Below, piece after piece: positions 37,857 through 46,156 of a stretch of 61,382 bases of DNA. The first letter of the stretch is position 1. The number at the start of each line of letters is the position of its first letter. Origin of the DNA: an uncultured Gammaproteobacteria bacterium. GTDB lineage: Bacteria > Patescibacteriota > Microgenomatia > UBA8517. The stretch covers positions 5,719-67,100 of the forward strand of contig CAZSXP010000003.1 in the NCBI GenBank assembly GCA_964610395.1. Direction: 5' to 3'. Under the pieces are notes generated by a model, which saw only the letters and a list, made by a program, of their open reading frames with translations, ran no database searches and had not been told where the DNA came from. A program made the position numbers and the translations under genes.

Positions 37857-38750
37857 TTATAAAATGTTACCCGCCTTTAATATTAAAACAATTGATAATA
37901 TCATTACTAAAAAGGCAACGTGGGCAAATGTTCTACCTGCAACTCTAGTAATTCTTCTCTTAGAAACTAAAACTGCATCTACGATAAAGATCAAAAGAAG
38001 TATTGCTACGACAATTAAAGATAATGTGCGTGTTGTTGTAAATGGTGAAATTAGTACTTGCGACTGAACTTGTGGCTCTACTATTTGTGTAACAACTGGT
38101 GCGATGGTTGGTTGAGTAGTGGCTAATTGCGTCTTTGGAAGCTCTGTAGTCACACCAGCAAGGGGCTCAATAACTTTGTCAGTATATGTTGCTCCAAAGA
38201 ATTGAACTATTATGGTAGTATCTACTCCAGCAAGATCACCTTCAACCACTCCAATCCCAATTTCTTTATACTTTGGATTTAACATATTTTCCTTGTGTGT
38301 GGGAGAATTCATCCATGCATCAACAGCTGAAGATGCGTCACTAAAGTCTCTTGCTAAATTTTCTCCAGCATATCTATATTTATATCCAAAATCTTTAAAA
38401 AATTTCCAAGGTTCTGTCCCATCAGGAGCAATATGAGCCCAATAATCTCTTGCAATCATATCTTGACCTTTGGTATAAGCTGCAGCAGATAATTCTTGAT
38501 TAAGTGACAAGGCAGATAGTCCTGCAGTAGCTCTTTTTTCATTTGTAAGTCTTACAACCTCACTTGGTGAGATATTTGAGGCATATCCTAGGATAGATGG
38601 ACCTAATTTTGACAAAAAATTCAGTCCAATTTGAAATAATATTAAAAAAGAAGCTAAGACAATTAAACTTGAAGAATGTAAAACTTTAGCTTTGTGATTA
38701 TTACTTTCCCTTGGTATTAAAAAATGAATTATTTTCTCTACAAATTGCAT
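37857..38750 (-). CDS. CAP/SCP (YkwD-like) domain protein with N- and C-terminal TM segments
   Basis: NEKRATAGLSALSLNQELSAAAYTKGQDMIARDYWAH...YAGENLA...WMNSPTHKENMLNPKYKEIGIGV. Confidence 0.85.
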   Translation of the reverse strand: MQFVEKIIHFLIPRESNNHKAKVLHSSSLIVLASFLILFQIGLNFLSKLGPSILGYASNISPSEVVRLTNEKRATAGLSALSLNQELSAAAYTKGQDMIARDYWAHIAPDGTEPWKFFKDFGYKYRYAGENLARDFSDASSAVDAWMNSPTHKENMLNPKYKEIGIGVVEGDLAGVDTTIIVQFFGATYTDKVIEPLAGVTTELPKTQLATTQPTIAPVVTQIVEPQVQSQVLISPFTTTRTLSLIVVAILLLIFIVDAVLVSKRRITRVAGRTFAHVAFLVMILSIVLILKAGNIL

Positions 38751-38772
38751 ACATATCCATCATACCAAATTT

Positions 38773-41700
38773 CTATGAGGTTTTCTTTTTTCTCCAGAGA
38801 AGCAGTAATGCAAGAATCGCTAATGCAGATCCAAAACTAATTAGTGCAATATTTCTTGCATTCCAATTGCTTGTATCTGTTCCTTTTACTTCAGGTGTTG
38901 GAGTGGAATTGTCTGTTTCTGTTGAAGTTGAATCAAGATTCTGTTCTGTAGATTCACCTAAAACTCCAGCCTCAAATCCAGGAGCGACTCCTTCAACAAA
39001 TCCTCCGCTTGGTGTAACTGAAGCTTCATTGGAATAATCTCCAGGTGCACAGCCATTACCAGCCCTTACTTTAAAGTAATATCTTACTCCACCCGAAAGA
39101 TTAGTTATCGTATATGAAGTGGTTGAAGAACCACCAATATTTGGATTGCCATAAGTTTGACTTCCTGAAGAAGTTCCATAAGTAATTAAATAGTAAGAAA
39201 CTGGATCATTAGCTTTATTCCAAGATAATGTAACTGAATTAAATCCTGCCACAGCAATTAATCCTGATGGAGCACTTCCTGGTTTGGTATCGTTACAAAC
39301 AGGGGCGCTGGCAGTAGTAGTTCCTCCGCCGGAGGTTGAATTAGTCGTCTGAGTATAGGCAGCAAATTTGGTAAAGTGTTTAGTCCAGATAACTAAGTCA
39401 CTACCCACGTCTATCTTACACTCACCGTCGGCTGGCAGGGCATCCCCCGCTGCCTGATTATCGGCCGAACAAGTATTTGTGATTTCAGTAAAGGCAGTTC
39501 CTGGTCTGGAGTAACCAGCCCGTTTACCGGCTTGTCCCGGAAGTAAAATCCTGACCGCGTTATCAAAAGATAATTTATCTGTGGCAAAGCCTATTTCAAT
39601 CGCAGTACCTAGGGTCGAGGTTTCTCCAGAAACAACCGGTAAATCTACAGTTGTAACTGTTGGAGCAGCAATTACTCCATCCCAGCCCTCAGGACCGGTT
39701 ACGGTAGTAGCTGGGATAGTAATATTAGCAGTACTAGAGTTAATGTTAATTTGAGGTATATCTCCTGTTCCACCATCCACAAATGAGCTAACGTCAATGG
39801 TGGCCTCTGTTGTTCCGTCAACTGTAACCGTAACTTCCTGATCAGGATCAGTAATCACAACTTCGGGATTGTCAGAATCTGCGGTAGCTTCACCATCGCT
39901 ATCAGGAGAAATTTGTGTATCTGACAGTTTTGAATCAACCAACAACAAACTACTCGTTGTATTACCTGCAATATCCGAAACGTTGACTATAACATCATTA
40001 GCGAAAGTAGCGGTAACAGTATTCGTAACAGAGATTCTTAATTTATTACTAATATCTCCACTACCCCATCTAAATGTTAAGGTTTTATCAGCACCAGTAT
40101 TTAAAGCATTCTCTACAGCAGTCTTACTCTCAGCATTTAATTCTTCATTAAAAATAAGTGTGGTACCGAACCTTCCATCTCCCAACAAATCAGGCAAGGA
40201 ATAATCAGATTCACCACCACCTAGTATAGTAACTGTCGGTGATGTATTGTCTATGGTATAACTAGTTTGTCCTGTTGCCAAGTCATTAGAATTTCCAGCT
40301 CTGTCCTTTGCTTTTATAGATACAGTATGAGTCCCATCATTTCCCGTTGGAACATCCCACATATATGTCCAGATTAAATTATTTATCGAAGTCATCAATC
40401 CATTGTCTACAAGATAGGGATTAGAATGAATAGAAATTGTTGGAGGAGTAATTTCATTGACTTGATCGGCTTCTGTAAATGTTGCTGTGATAACAACTGC
40501 ATCTGCATCCCTAACGAGAGAGTCGGAATGGTCATCTGTTAGTACTACTGTTGGTGCAACTGTATCAATCGTTAACGGGCTACTATTACCACTAAAGGAT
40601 GAGGAATTGCCATCTGGATCATAAGCCAATACTTTACTGTACCAAATAGAATTGGTTAAAGGATTTGTATGTATGTAGGAATTTCCATTTATATTACCTG
40701 AATTAAAAGTTGTTCCTCCTAAAACGGTAGACCAATAAAAAATATAATGGTCGGCATCAATAGAGGAAGTCCAATTCCAAGTAGGAGTCGTGTTATTAGT
40801 TGGAGAAGTTGAAACTGTTGTTGGCGTTCCAGGAGCCGTCGGTGATAAGATTGTTTTACCAGAATCAGTGTAGTAAGGGCGGAATGTTATATTACCTGAG
40901 GTACTGGCTTGTACTACCGTCGGATCTGAACTTCCCCACCAGTTTTCTGTAGCATCAACTGTCCCCGATGTATCACCCCAACTTGTTCTATATATGCCAC
41001 TTTGGCTGTTATTTTCGATTTTATTTTCATTTATGCTTTGATTTGCATTCCACGATACAACCCCATAAGCATTATCATAGATATTATTGTTTTCTATCTT
41101 TGTTGAGGGTCCGGCTTCTATATCTATACCGACACCGTTATCATATATATTGTTATTTGATATTTCCAAATCGGCCGCAGTATCCATAATTAACAGTCCT
41201 GCGCCTCCCTCGTTACCGGTTTCATAATCACCTGTTGCAACGTCACCATCCATCCAATAACAATCGCTAATTTCATTGCTATCAATAGTTCCTGTAATGC
41301 CTAGAGCAGGAGAAGTGCTGTCACCATTAAGATAACCAATCTGTATGCCGTTTGGTATAACATGAGGTGTAACAGCACTGTAAAGTTCGGAGATATTATT
41401 CCCCTCAATTTGAACGGAATTAGCATCGTTAACCCTTATTCCTACTGGGCCAACATTTTTAATTGCATTATTTAGAATTTTGACATCTACACTACTTACA
41501 CCGCCATTATCTACATTAATACCATGTCCAAGATCATCACTGTTATTGGTATTCTTTATTGTGAATCCTGAAAGAGTAACTGTCCCACTACTCGCAGTTA
41601 TTTTAACTAATCCTCCAGTGCTTGTCCCTCCACCGTCTATTATAGTAGTTGCATATCCAGCACCCTGTAATGTCAATGGTTTGTTAATAAGAATCTGACT

Positions 41701-43371
41701 TTCATTATATGTTCCCGCCGCGACATTAATTGTGGCGCTGGGACTTGCCGCATTAATTGCAGCTTGAATAGTCGCGTATTTCACTCCTGTCGTCTCGTTC
41801 GTAACGGGATACTCTATGTCAAACTGAGTAAAATGGCTTGTTGTGAAGGTTAGAGTTTTTGCGGTATTGTCCCATATTTTTACAATAGTTGGATAATCGT
41901 CAGTACCGGGTTGGATCACAGTGTCCGCATCGTTCTTAACTATCAAGTTGGGTATGGCGTTAAAATCAGTCAAACCATACATATAGAGTGTGGCTCCGGC
42001 AGCATCCATTGCGCTAGCTGTCGTTGAGTCAAACTCGATATGTCCATCAGACATATCCATTGCCGTTCCTAAATTTTGAAGTTTTGCAACTATATCTTGA
42101 TCTGTCATATTTATCGTATTAGAAAGAGAAATTTTACCTAACCCTGTTTTTTCAAAATATAGACCCGTAATAGAAGAAGGGTCATCTGCAGAAGTAATAT
42201 TAGAGGCTATTCCAACTGCACATGGACCTGGTACAGGATTACAAAATTGTGAACTTATTGTATTCCAAGTTGGTGCTCCTCCAGAAGTATCATTAAACCA
42301 ACCCTTGGTGGGAGTTGTGAAAACTTGCCAGGCAGTTGGATTTCCATTTCCGTCTGTCGTTCGACCGATTGATTGCCCAGAGTCAACCTCACCCACATTG
42401 GCCGTTCCTACAACTGCTGTTGCGCCGGCATCTTTAAAAGTTATTTGAGAAATAATTGTCCCAGTATCATTTTTTAGTGTAGCTGTATCTCCGTCATCGT
42501 TTAACCACAGATTGGCGTGTTCAAAAACTATGATTCCATGAGCAGGAATTGTTCCTGACAAGTCGATATCATCAGTAGTAACAGTATTTCCATCCGAAAG
42601 CCTCCAACCCGTCAAAAGAACTGGCGAGTTACTATTATTGTATAGTTCAATCCATTCATTACCCGAGCTGGGTCTATAAAGAATTTCATTAATAATAACC
42701 GTATCCGATCCTTCAGTAAACGGAACTCCTTCATCGGGGATAGGCGCTTCGTTAATTGTTCCGGTAATAACAAAAATCGTAAAGTGGTTTAGACCAATAA
42801 CTGTTAAAGTATCCGTTTGGGCACTAACACCGCCAACTGTCACAAAAGTTTGACCGTCTTCCGAAGCTTTGACTTCTACATTGTTAGTTGTAGTAGTCGG
42901 AAGAGTTAATGTATATTCAAAAGTTCCGTTTTCCATGTCCGATGTTATGTCATAGGCTTTATTGGATAAGGATCCTGTTTGTTTAATTTGCTCTTCCGTT
43001 AAAGTTATTTCCTCGATTTTTATGTTGCCCGAAGGATCCGGAAGTTTTGTAAATGTTAATGTCACTCCACCTTTTTGGTACTCTTTATTTAGTTCTACTT
43101 TTTCAAAAGTCCATGGTGATGGAGATGGTGTTGGTGTGATTTCCGGAGTTGTGGTCGGTGTTGCAGTTGGTGTAACGTCAGGTGTTGGCGTTATCTCTGG
43201 GGTTGCAGATGGTTCAACTGTTGGTTCAGGTGAAGGAGTTACTATTTCTTCAACAATAGGTGTTGGCTCTGGAGTAGAAGTTTCTTCTTGTGCATAAACA
43301 TATGAAAACGGATACAGTAAGGAGTTTGCCAAAATGGCCAATGAGGCAACAACTGAAAGTATCTTTTTCAT
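38773..43371 (-). CDS. Giant (1532 aa) cell-surface protein: signal peptide, Pro/Thr linker, lamin-tail domain, right-handed beta-helix repeats, Ig-like modules, FN3 domain, C-terminal TM anchor
   Basis: Signal peptide MKKILSVVASLAILANSLLYPFSYVYAQ. PT-rich aa 31-86. LTD VIINEILYRPSSGNEWIELYNNSNSPVLLTGWRLSD (aa ~224-355). Beta-helix repeats such as NNNIYDNGVGIDIEAGPSTKIENNNIYDNAYGV. FN3 SVTLSWNKANDPVSYYLITYG...YYFKVRAGN. The C-terminus is IALISFGSALAILALLLLWRKKKTS with no LPXTG. Confidence 0.9.
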   Translation of the reverse strand: MKKILSVVASLAILANSLLYPFSYVYAQEETSTPEPTPIVEEIVTPSPEPTVEPSATPEITPTPDVTPTATPTTTPEITPTPSPSPWTFEKVELNKEYQKGGVTLTFTKLPDPSGNIKIEEITLTEEQIKQTGSLSNKAYDITSDMENGTFEYTLTLPTTTTNNVEVKASEDGQTFVTVGGVSAQTDTLTVIGLNHFTIFVITGTINEAPIPDEGVPFTEGSDTVIINEILYRPSSGNEWIELYNNSNSPVLLTGWRLSDGNTVTTDDIDLSGTIPAHGIIVFEHANLWLNDDGDTATLKNDTGTIISQITFKDAGATAVVGTANVGEVDSGQSIGRTTDGNGNPTAWQVFTTPTKGWFNDTSGGAPTWNTISSQFCNPVPGPCAVGIASNITSADDPSSITGLYFEKTGLGKISLSNTINMTDQDIVAKLQNLGTAMDMSDGHIEFDSTTASAMDAAGATLYMYGLTDFNAIPNLIVKNDADTVIQPGTDDYPTIVKIWDNTAKTLTFTTSHFTQFDIEYPVTNETTGVKYATIQAAINAASPSATINVAAGTYNESQILINKPLTLQGAGYATTIIDGGGTSTGGLVKITASSGTVTLSGFTIKNTNNSDDLGHGINVDNGGVSSVDVKILNNAIKNVGPVGIRVNDANSVQIEGNNISELYSAVTPHVIPNGIQIGYLNGDSTSPALGITGTIDSNEISDCYWMDGDVATGDYETGNEGGAGLLIMDTAADLEISNNNIYDNGVGIDIEAGPSTKIENNNIYDNAYGVVSWNANQSINENKIENNSQSGIYRTSWGDTSGTVDATENWWGSSDPTVVQASTSGNITFRPYYTDSGKTILSPTAPGTPTTVSTSPTNNTTPTWNWTSSIDADHYIFYWSTVLGGTTFNSGNINGNSYIHTNPLTNSIWYSKVLAYDPDGNSSSFSGNSSPLTIDTVAPTVVLTDDHSDSLVRDADAVVITATFTEADQVNEITPPTISIHSNPYLVDNGLMTSINNLIWTYMWDVPTGNDGTHTVSIKAKDRAGNSNDLATGQTSYTIDNTSPTVTILGGGESDYSLPDLLGDGRFGTTLIFNEELNAESKTAVENALNTGADKTLTFRWGSGDISNKLRISVTNTVTATFANDVIVNVSDIAGNTTSSLLLVDSKLSDTQISPDSDGEATADSDNPEVVITDPDQEVTVTVDGTTEATIDVSSFVDGGTGDIPQININSSTANITIPATTVTGPEGWDGVIAAPTVTTVDLPVVSGETSTLGTAIEIGFATDKLSFDNAVRILLPGQAGKRAGYSRPGTAFTEITNTCSADNQAAGDALPADGECKIDVGSDLVIWTKHFTKFAAYTQTTNSTSGGGTTTASAPVCNDTKPGSAPSGLIAVAGFNSVTLSWNKANDPVSYYLITYGTSSGSQTYGNPNIGGSSTTSYTITNLSGGVRYYFKVRAGNGCAPGDYSNEASVTPSGGFVEGVAPGFEAGVLGESTEQNLDSTSTETDNSTPTPEVKGTDTSNWNARNIALISFGSALAILALLLLWRKKKTS

Positions 43372-43760
43372 GTTCCTGGGGCGAGTTTACTCTCCAAATA
43401 TTTTCTTGTCAAGAAAATACCAATTGTAGCTCCTATTGTATCAATAATAACATCTCTTACTGCAGGTCCTCTGCCAGGAATAAAAGATTGATGAAATTCA
43501 TCACTTACTCCATATAATCCTGCGATTAAAATTGCAAAAAATAATGCTTTATTTGTATTAACATCATAATTTAATAGAGCTCTATATAAAAGTATTGCTA
43601 GTACTCCGTACTCAAAAAGATGTGCTGATTTTTTAATTAAAAAATCACCTAAAAAAAACTCTGTTGTCTGAACAGTTGGAAAACTTGAAAATATAAAAAT
43701 TATCAACGCCCAAAGAATTGGAGGAAGCCAGTAATTAAGAACTTTTTGGATTCTCTGCAT
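43368..43760 (-). CDS. VanZ-like family membrane protein
   Basis: KSAHLFEYGVLAILLYRAL...SDEFHQSFIPGRGPAVRDVIIDTIGATIG. It has an ATGA overlap with the giant protein gene. The start is either the MQRIQ start at 43760 (codon 43758..43760) or 43796. Confidence 0.85.
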   Translation of the reverse strand: MQRIQKVLNYWLPPILWALIIFIFSSFPTVQTTEFFLGDFLIKKSAHLFEYGVLAILLYRALLNYDVNTNKALFFAILIAGLYGVSDEFHQSFIPGRGPAVRDVIIDTIGATIGIFLTRKYLESKLAPGT

Positions 43761-44568
43761 GCATTTGATTATATAGTAAATATCCACCGTAACCAAGAAA
43801 TCCGATTCCTAAAGTAATTAAAATAATTGGCAAAATTGGTGATTTTTTAGTGGTTGATACTCCTGCAACCATTCCAATTGGAGTTTTTGTATTTAAAACT
43901 ATCAATGGTTCAATGGTTTGATAAGGTTTGCTAGTTACTTTTGGAGTACTTGTCAAAGTAGGTGTTGGCTTTGGTGAAGGCGTTTTGGTTGGAGTCGGTT
44001 TTGGAGTAGATGATGGAGTGGGAGTAGATGTAGGTGTAGCGGTTGCAGTTGGTGTTGGAGTTGGAGTAGGTGTAGGAGTTGGTAAACTCATACATGATAT
44101 CTCACTTTTAGAAAACACCGTGTTTCCTTGCCATTCTGATCCATCTGGGATTCTTGAATACGAAGTGTTTAAGGTAGAAGTAGTATAGGTATATGTATCT
44201 AAAACATCTCCATTCGATGCAAAAAGTGTTGGGGTATCGCCTCCGTCATTTAAATATGCGTTAAGATCCCAATAACACAAACTATTGGGTGGAAACAGCC
44301 CACGAAGTAAAATTTTTGCCGAGTTACCAGTATCGGAAGCTAAATCGGGATCATCATCAAAATAGTAATTTTCAAGATTTATCTCGTAATTGTTTTTGTT
44401 ATAAAACTCTACCCATTCAGGACTTTTTGGACTAAATTCATTTATTAAAACTTGTGCTGAAACTTTTTGAGGTAAAATTAAAAATAATACGCTCAAGAAT
44501 ACTAATGTATTAATACATTGGTATATTTTACTTTTATAATAAATTCCTTTTCTTTTTTCTAATTTCAT
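43735..44568 (-). CDS. Secreted lamin-tail-domain (LTD) protein with Pro/Thr linker and C-terminal TM anchor
   Basis: Signal peptide MKLEKRKGIYYKSKIYQCINTLVFLSVLFLILPQKVSA. LTD VLINEFSPKSPEWVEFYNKNNYEINLENYYFDDD. PT linker, then the C-terminal TM ILPIILITLGIGFLGYGGYLL. Confidence 0.8.
   Translation of the reverse strand: MKLEKRKGIYYKSKIYQCINTLVFLSVLFLILPQKVSAQVLINEFSPKSPEWVEFYNKNNYEINLENYYFDDDPDLASDTGNSAKILLRGLFPPNSLCYWDLNAYLNDGGDTPTLFASNGDVLDTYTYTTSTLNTSYSRIPDGSEWQGNTVFSKSEISCMSLPTPTPTPTPTPTATATPTSTPTPSSTPKPTPTKTPSPKPTPTLTSTPKVTSKPYQTIEPLIVLNTKTPIGMVAGVSTTKKSPILPIILITLGIGFLGYGGYLLYNQMHAENPKSS
43927..44085 (-). repeat. Low-complexity coding repeat (Pro-Thr/Ser linker)
   Basis: Encodes LPTPTPTPTPTPTATATPTSTPTPSSTPKPTPTKTPSPKPTPTLTSTPK. 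At the DNA level it is GGTGTWGGAG-type short tandem units. Confidence 0.8.
44501..44522. promoter_or_regulatory. Second copy of the AATGTATTAATACATT palindrome (candidate operator)
   Basis: ACTAATGTATTAATACATTGGT has a 16-bp perfect palindromic core at 44504-44519. It lies 12 nt downstream of the YerC-like stop and inside codons 31-38 of the LTD gene. Confidence 0.45.
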
Positions 44569-44974
44569 TTCTACTAGTAAAATAACCCGCTGATTTAGCA
44601 CCACCAATTGCATCTATATTTGTAAAGCCTTCAGCAATATCTAACAAAAATTCTTTATTTTTCATTTTACTAACTATTCTATCTACCATTTGTTTGTATG
44701 ATGTACCATTTTTATATATTGATGAAAAAGTACTTACAGTTGTAGTACTTACTTTTAATGTTCTTGAAATTTCTCGTTGATCATATTCTTTAGCAATTAA
44801 ATATCCAATAGCTAACCTTTTTGTGAACATTATCATTTCGGTTGGAGTTAAAAACTCATAAAGAAAATCTGAAACTTGTTTTTTGTTTGTTAGATTTGAA
44901 ATTGTTTCAAATAAAAAATCCTGAATCTGATCGGTAACATTCTGTGAAACTTTATATTTAGATATTTGTGTCAT
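44534..44974 (-). CDS. TrpR-like / YerC-YecD family helix-turn-helix protein
   Basis: FLYEFLTPTEMIMFTKRLAIGYLIAKEYDQREISRTLKVSTTTVSTFSSIYKNG matches the Trp-repressor/YerC pattern (L.T..E....A.R......L..G.s..eI......S..TvsR). Confidence 0.8.
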   Translation of the reverse strand: MTQISKYKVSQNVTDQIQDFLFETISNLTNKKQVSDFLYEFLTPTEMIMFTKRLAIGYLIAKEYDQREISRTLKVSTTTVSTFSSIYKNGTSYKQMVDRIVSKMKNKEFLLDIAEGFTNIDAIGGAKSAGYFTSRNEIRKKKRNLL

Positions 44975-44990
44975 ACCTTAGTATATTACT

Positions 44991-45018
44991 AATATCAATG
45001 TATTAATACATTGATATT
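44991..45018. promoter_or_regulatory. 28-bp perfect palindrome immediately upstream of the YerC-like gene (candidate operator)
   Basis: AATATCAATGTATTAATACATTGATATT is its own reverse complement. It lies 17-44 nt upstream of ATG 44974 and 11 nt downstream of the M23 gene's stop. Confidence 0.55.
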
Positions 45019-45028
45019 TTATTTTATT

Positions 45029-46156
45029 TCAATAATTAACATGTAAATACAAAGTATCTAGATCACTGTCATCATGATCAATACGAACATATTTAAGCAT
45101 ACAACCAACATTATAGCTTCCTTGATATAAAGTCCCTGCTTTTACAGCCCTTACTTCATTTGAATTACTATTGATGTCTATACCATTATGAAAAGTGTAA
45201 ATCTGTCTGATGATCGGATCATTCTGTACGGCCCATGTATATCCATAACCTTGATTAAACTTAATTTTTGGACTAATAGGCCACGGCCAAGCGCCTGACG
45301 GATTAAAGCTATCACCATCACTACTTCCACAAAATGATCCAGAACAGTTCTCGTAATCTATACCTCCGCTTAAATAATTAAAGGGATTATCGGTACTTTT
45401 GTCAGCCTTACGAACAATAAAATGCGTATGTGTCCCTTTAGAATTGCACGATGAACCTTGTATTATTGAAGCTATTCGCTGTCCCTGACTTACTTTTCCG
45501 ACTTCGGTCTCAACCCCACGCCCAGCTATAATTCCCTGAATAGCTGCGTACTCGGCCCTCGCCACTGTTAAAAGAGTCTGATATTTTTTTTCATCATTTT
45601 TAGTTATAGCTAAAAGATTTGCTTTTTGCTGTTTTTGACTATCTAAATTTTTCTTTTGTTGTGCTAACTTATTTTGTAAATCTTCTTGATCCACTTTTTG
45701 ATCTTTATAAGTATCATTTGCTTTTTTAAGACGATCAAGTAAATTTCTATCCCCATCTTGTATCTTTTTTAAATACGAAAACCGATTAAAGGCTTCATTT
45801 AAATTATCAGAAGATATTATTAATAAAAGTGGATCACTAACTTTAGCCATTTTATATGTTTCAACCGCTCTTTCTGAAAATGCTTGGTTTAATGAATCAA
45901 GAGATCCTTCTATTTGGTCTATCCTTCCTGATAATAAACTTATTTGTTCTTCAGTTTGGGCAATTTTTAAACTTGTTAATTTAATTTGAGCATCAAATTG
46001 CGATATTTGACTAATAAGTGTCTTGCCTGAATCTTTAAGTTTATTTATATTATTTTCATAACAGATAATTCTTTCTGTTACATTACCATTACAATCTTCT
46101 GCCTTTACACTTGTATTAAAAATTAAAAAGAATAAAAATAGTAATAAAAATATCAT
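45029..46156 (-). CDS. Coiled-coil / M23 (LytM-type) metallopeptidase-domain protein, FtsEX-associated (EnvC/PcsB-like role); the M23 motifs are in permuted order
   Basis: Signal/TM N-terminus and a long coiled coil (aa ~40-205). Next comes VGKVSQGQRIASIIQGSSCNSKGTHTHFIVRK...NPFNYL (HxH region, H243/H245). Then FHNGIDI (HxxxD, H323/D327), and the protein ends at YLHVNY. It has a 4-nt overlap with ftsX. Confidence 0.85.
   Translation of the reverse strand: MIFLLLFLFFLIFNTSVKAEDCNGNVTERIICYENNINKLKDSGKTLISQISQFDAQIKLTSLKIAQTEEQISLLSGRIDQIEGSLDSLNQAFSERAVETYKMAKVSDPLLLIISSDNLNEAFNRFSYLKKIQDGDRNLLDRLKKANDTYKDQKVDQEDLQNKLAQQKKNLDSQKQQKANLLAITKNDEKKYQTLLTVARAEYAAIQGIIAGRGVETEVGKVSQGQRIASIIQGSSCNSKGTHTHFIVRKADKSTDNPFNYLSGGIDYENCSGSFCGSSDGDSFNPSGAWPWPISPKIKFNQGYGYTWAVQNDPIIRQIYTFHNGIDINSNSNEVRAVKAGTLYQGSYNVGCMLKYVRIDHDDSDLDTLYLHVNY

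Noticed and set aside
38773-43371. Visibly higher G+C in the giant surface-protein gene, and in 2463..4661, as a sign of horizontally acquired islands.
   Set aside because: The shift tracks amino-acid composition: Gly/Thr/Pro/Ala/Val-rich secreted proteins versus Ile/Leu/Phe/Lys/Asn-rich membrane proteins. Gene boundaries are translationally coupled to their neighbours, and no mobile-element genes or repeats flank them. Testing this would need codon-position-specific GC, which I cannot compute here.
43927-44085. Short tandem GGTGTWGGAG-type repeats considered as a possible CRISPR or satellite array. Similar stretches occur at ~43120-43270 and ~50860-50900.
   Set aside because: The units are irregular 6-12-nt units with no spacers, and they lie in frame inside CDSs encoding Pro/Thr/Ser linkers. 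They are coding low-complexity sequence, not CRISPR.
44991-45018. The 28-bp palindrome as the intrinsic terminator of the ftsE-ftsX-M23 operon.
   Set aside because: The stem is almost purely A/T and is not followed by a T-tract on the transcribed (minus) strand. A second copy also lies inside the next CDS. An operator role fits better, though a weak terminator function is not excluded.
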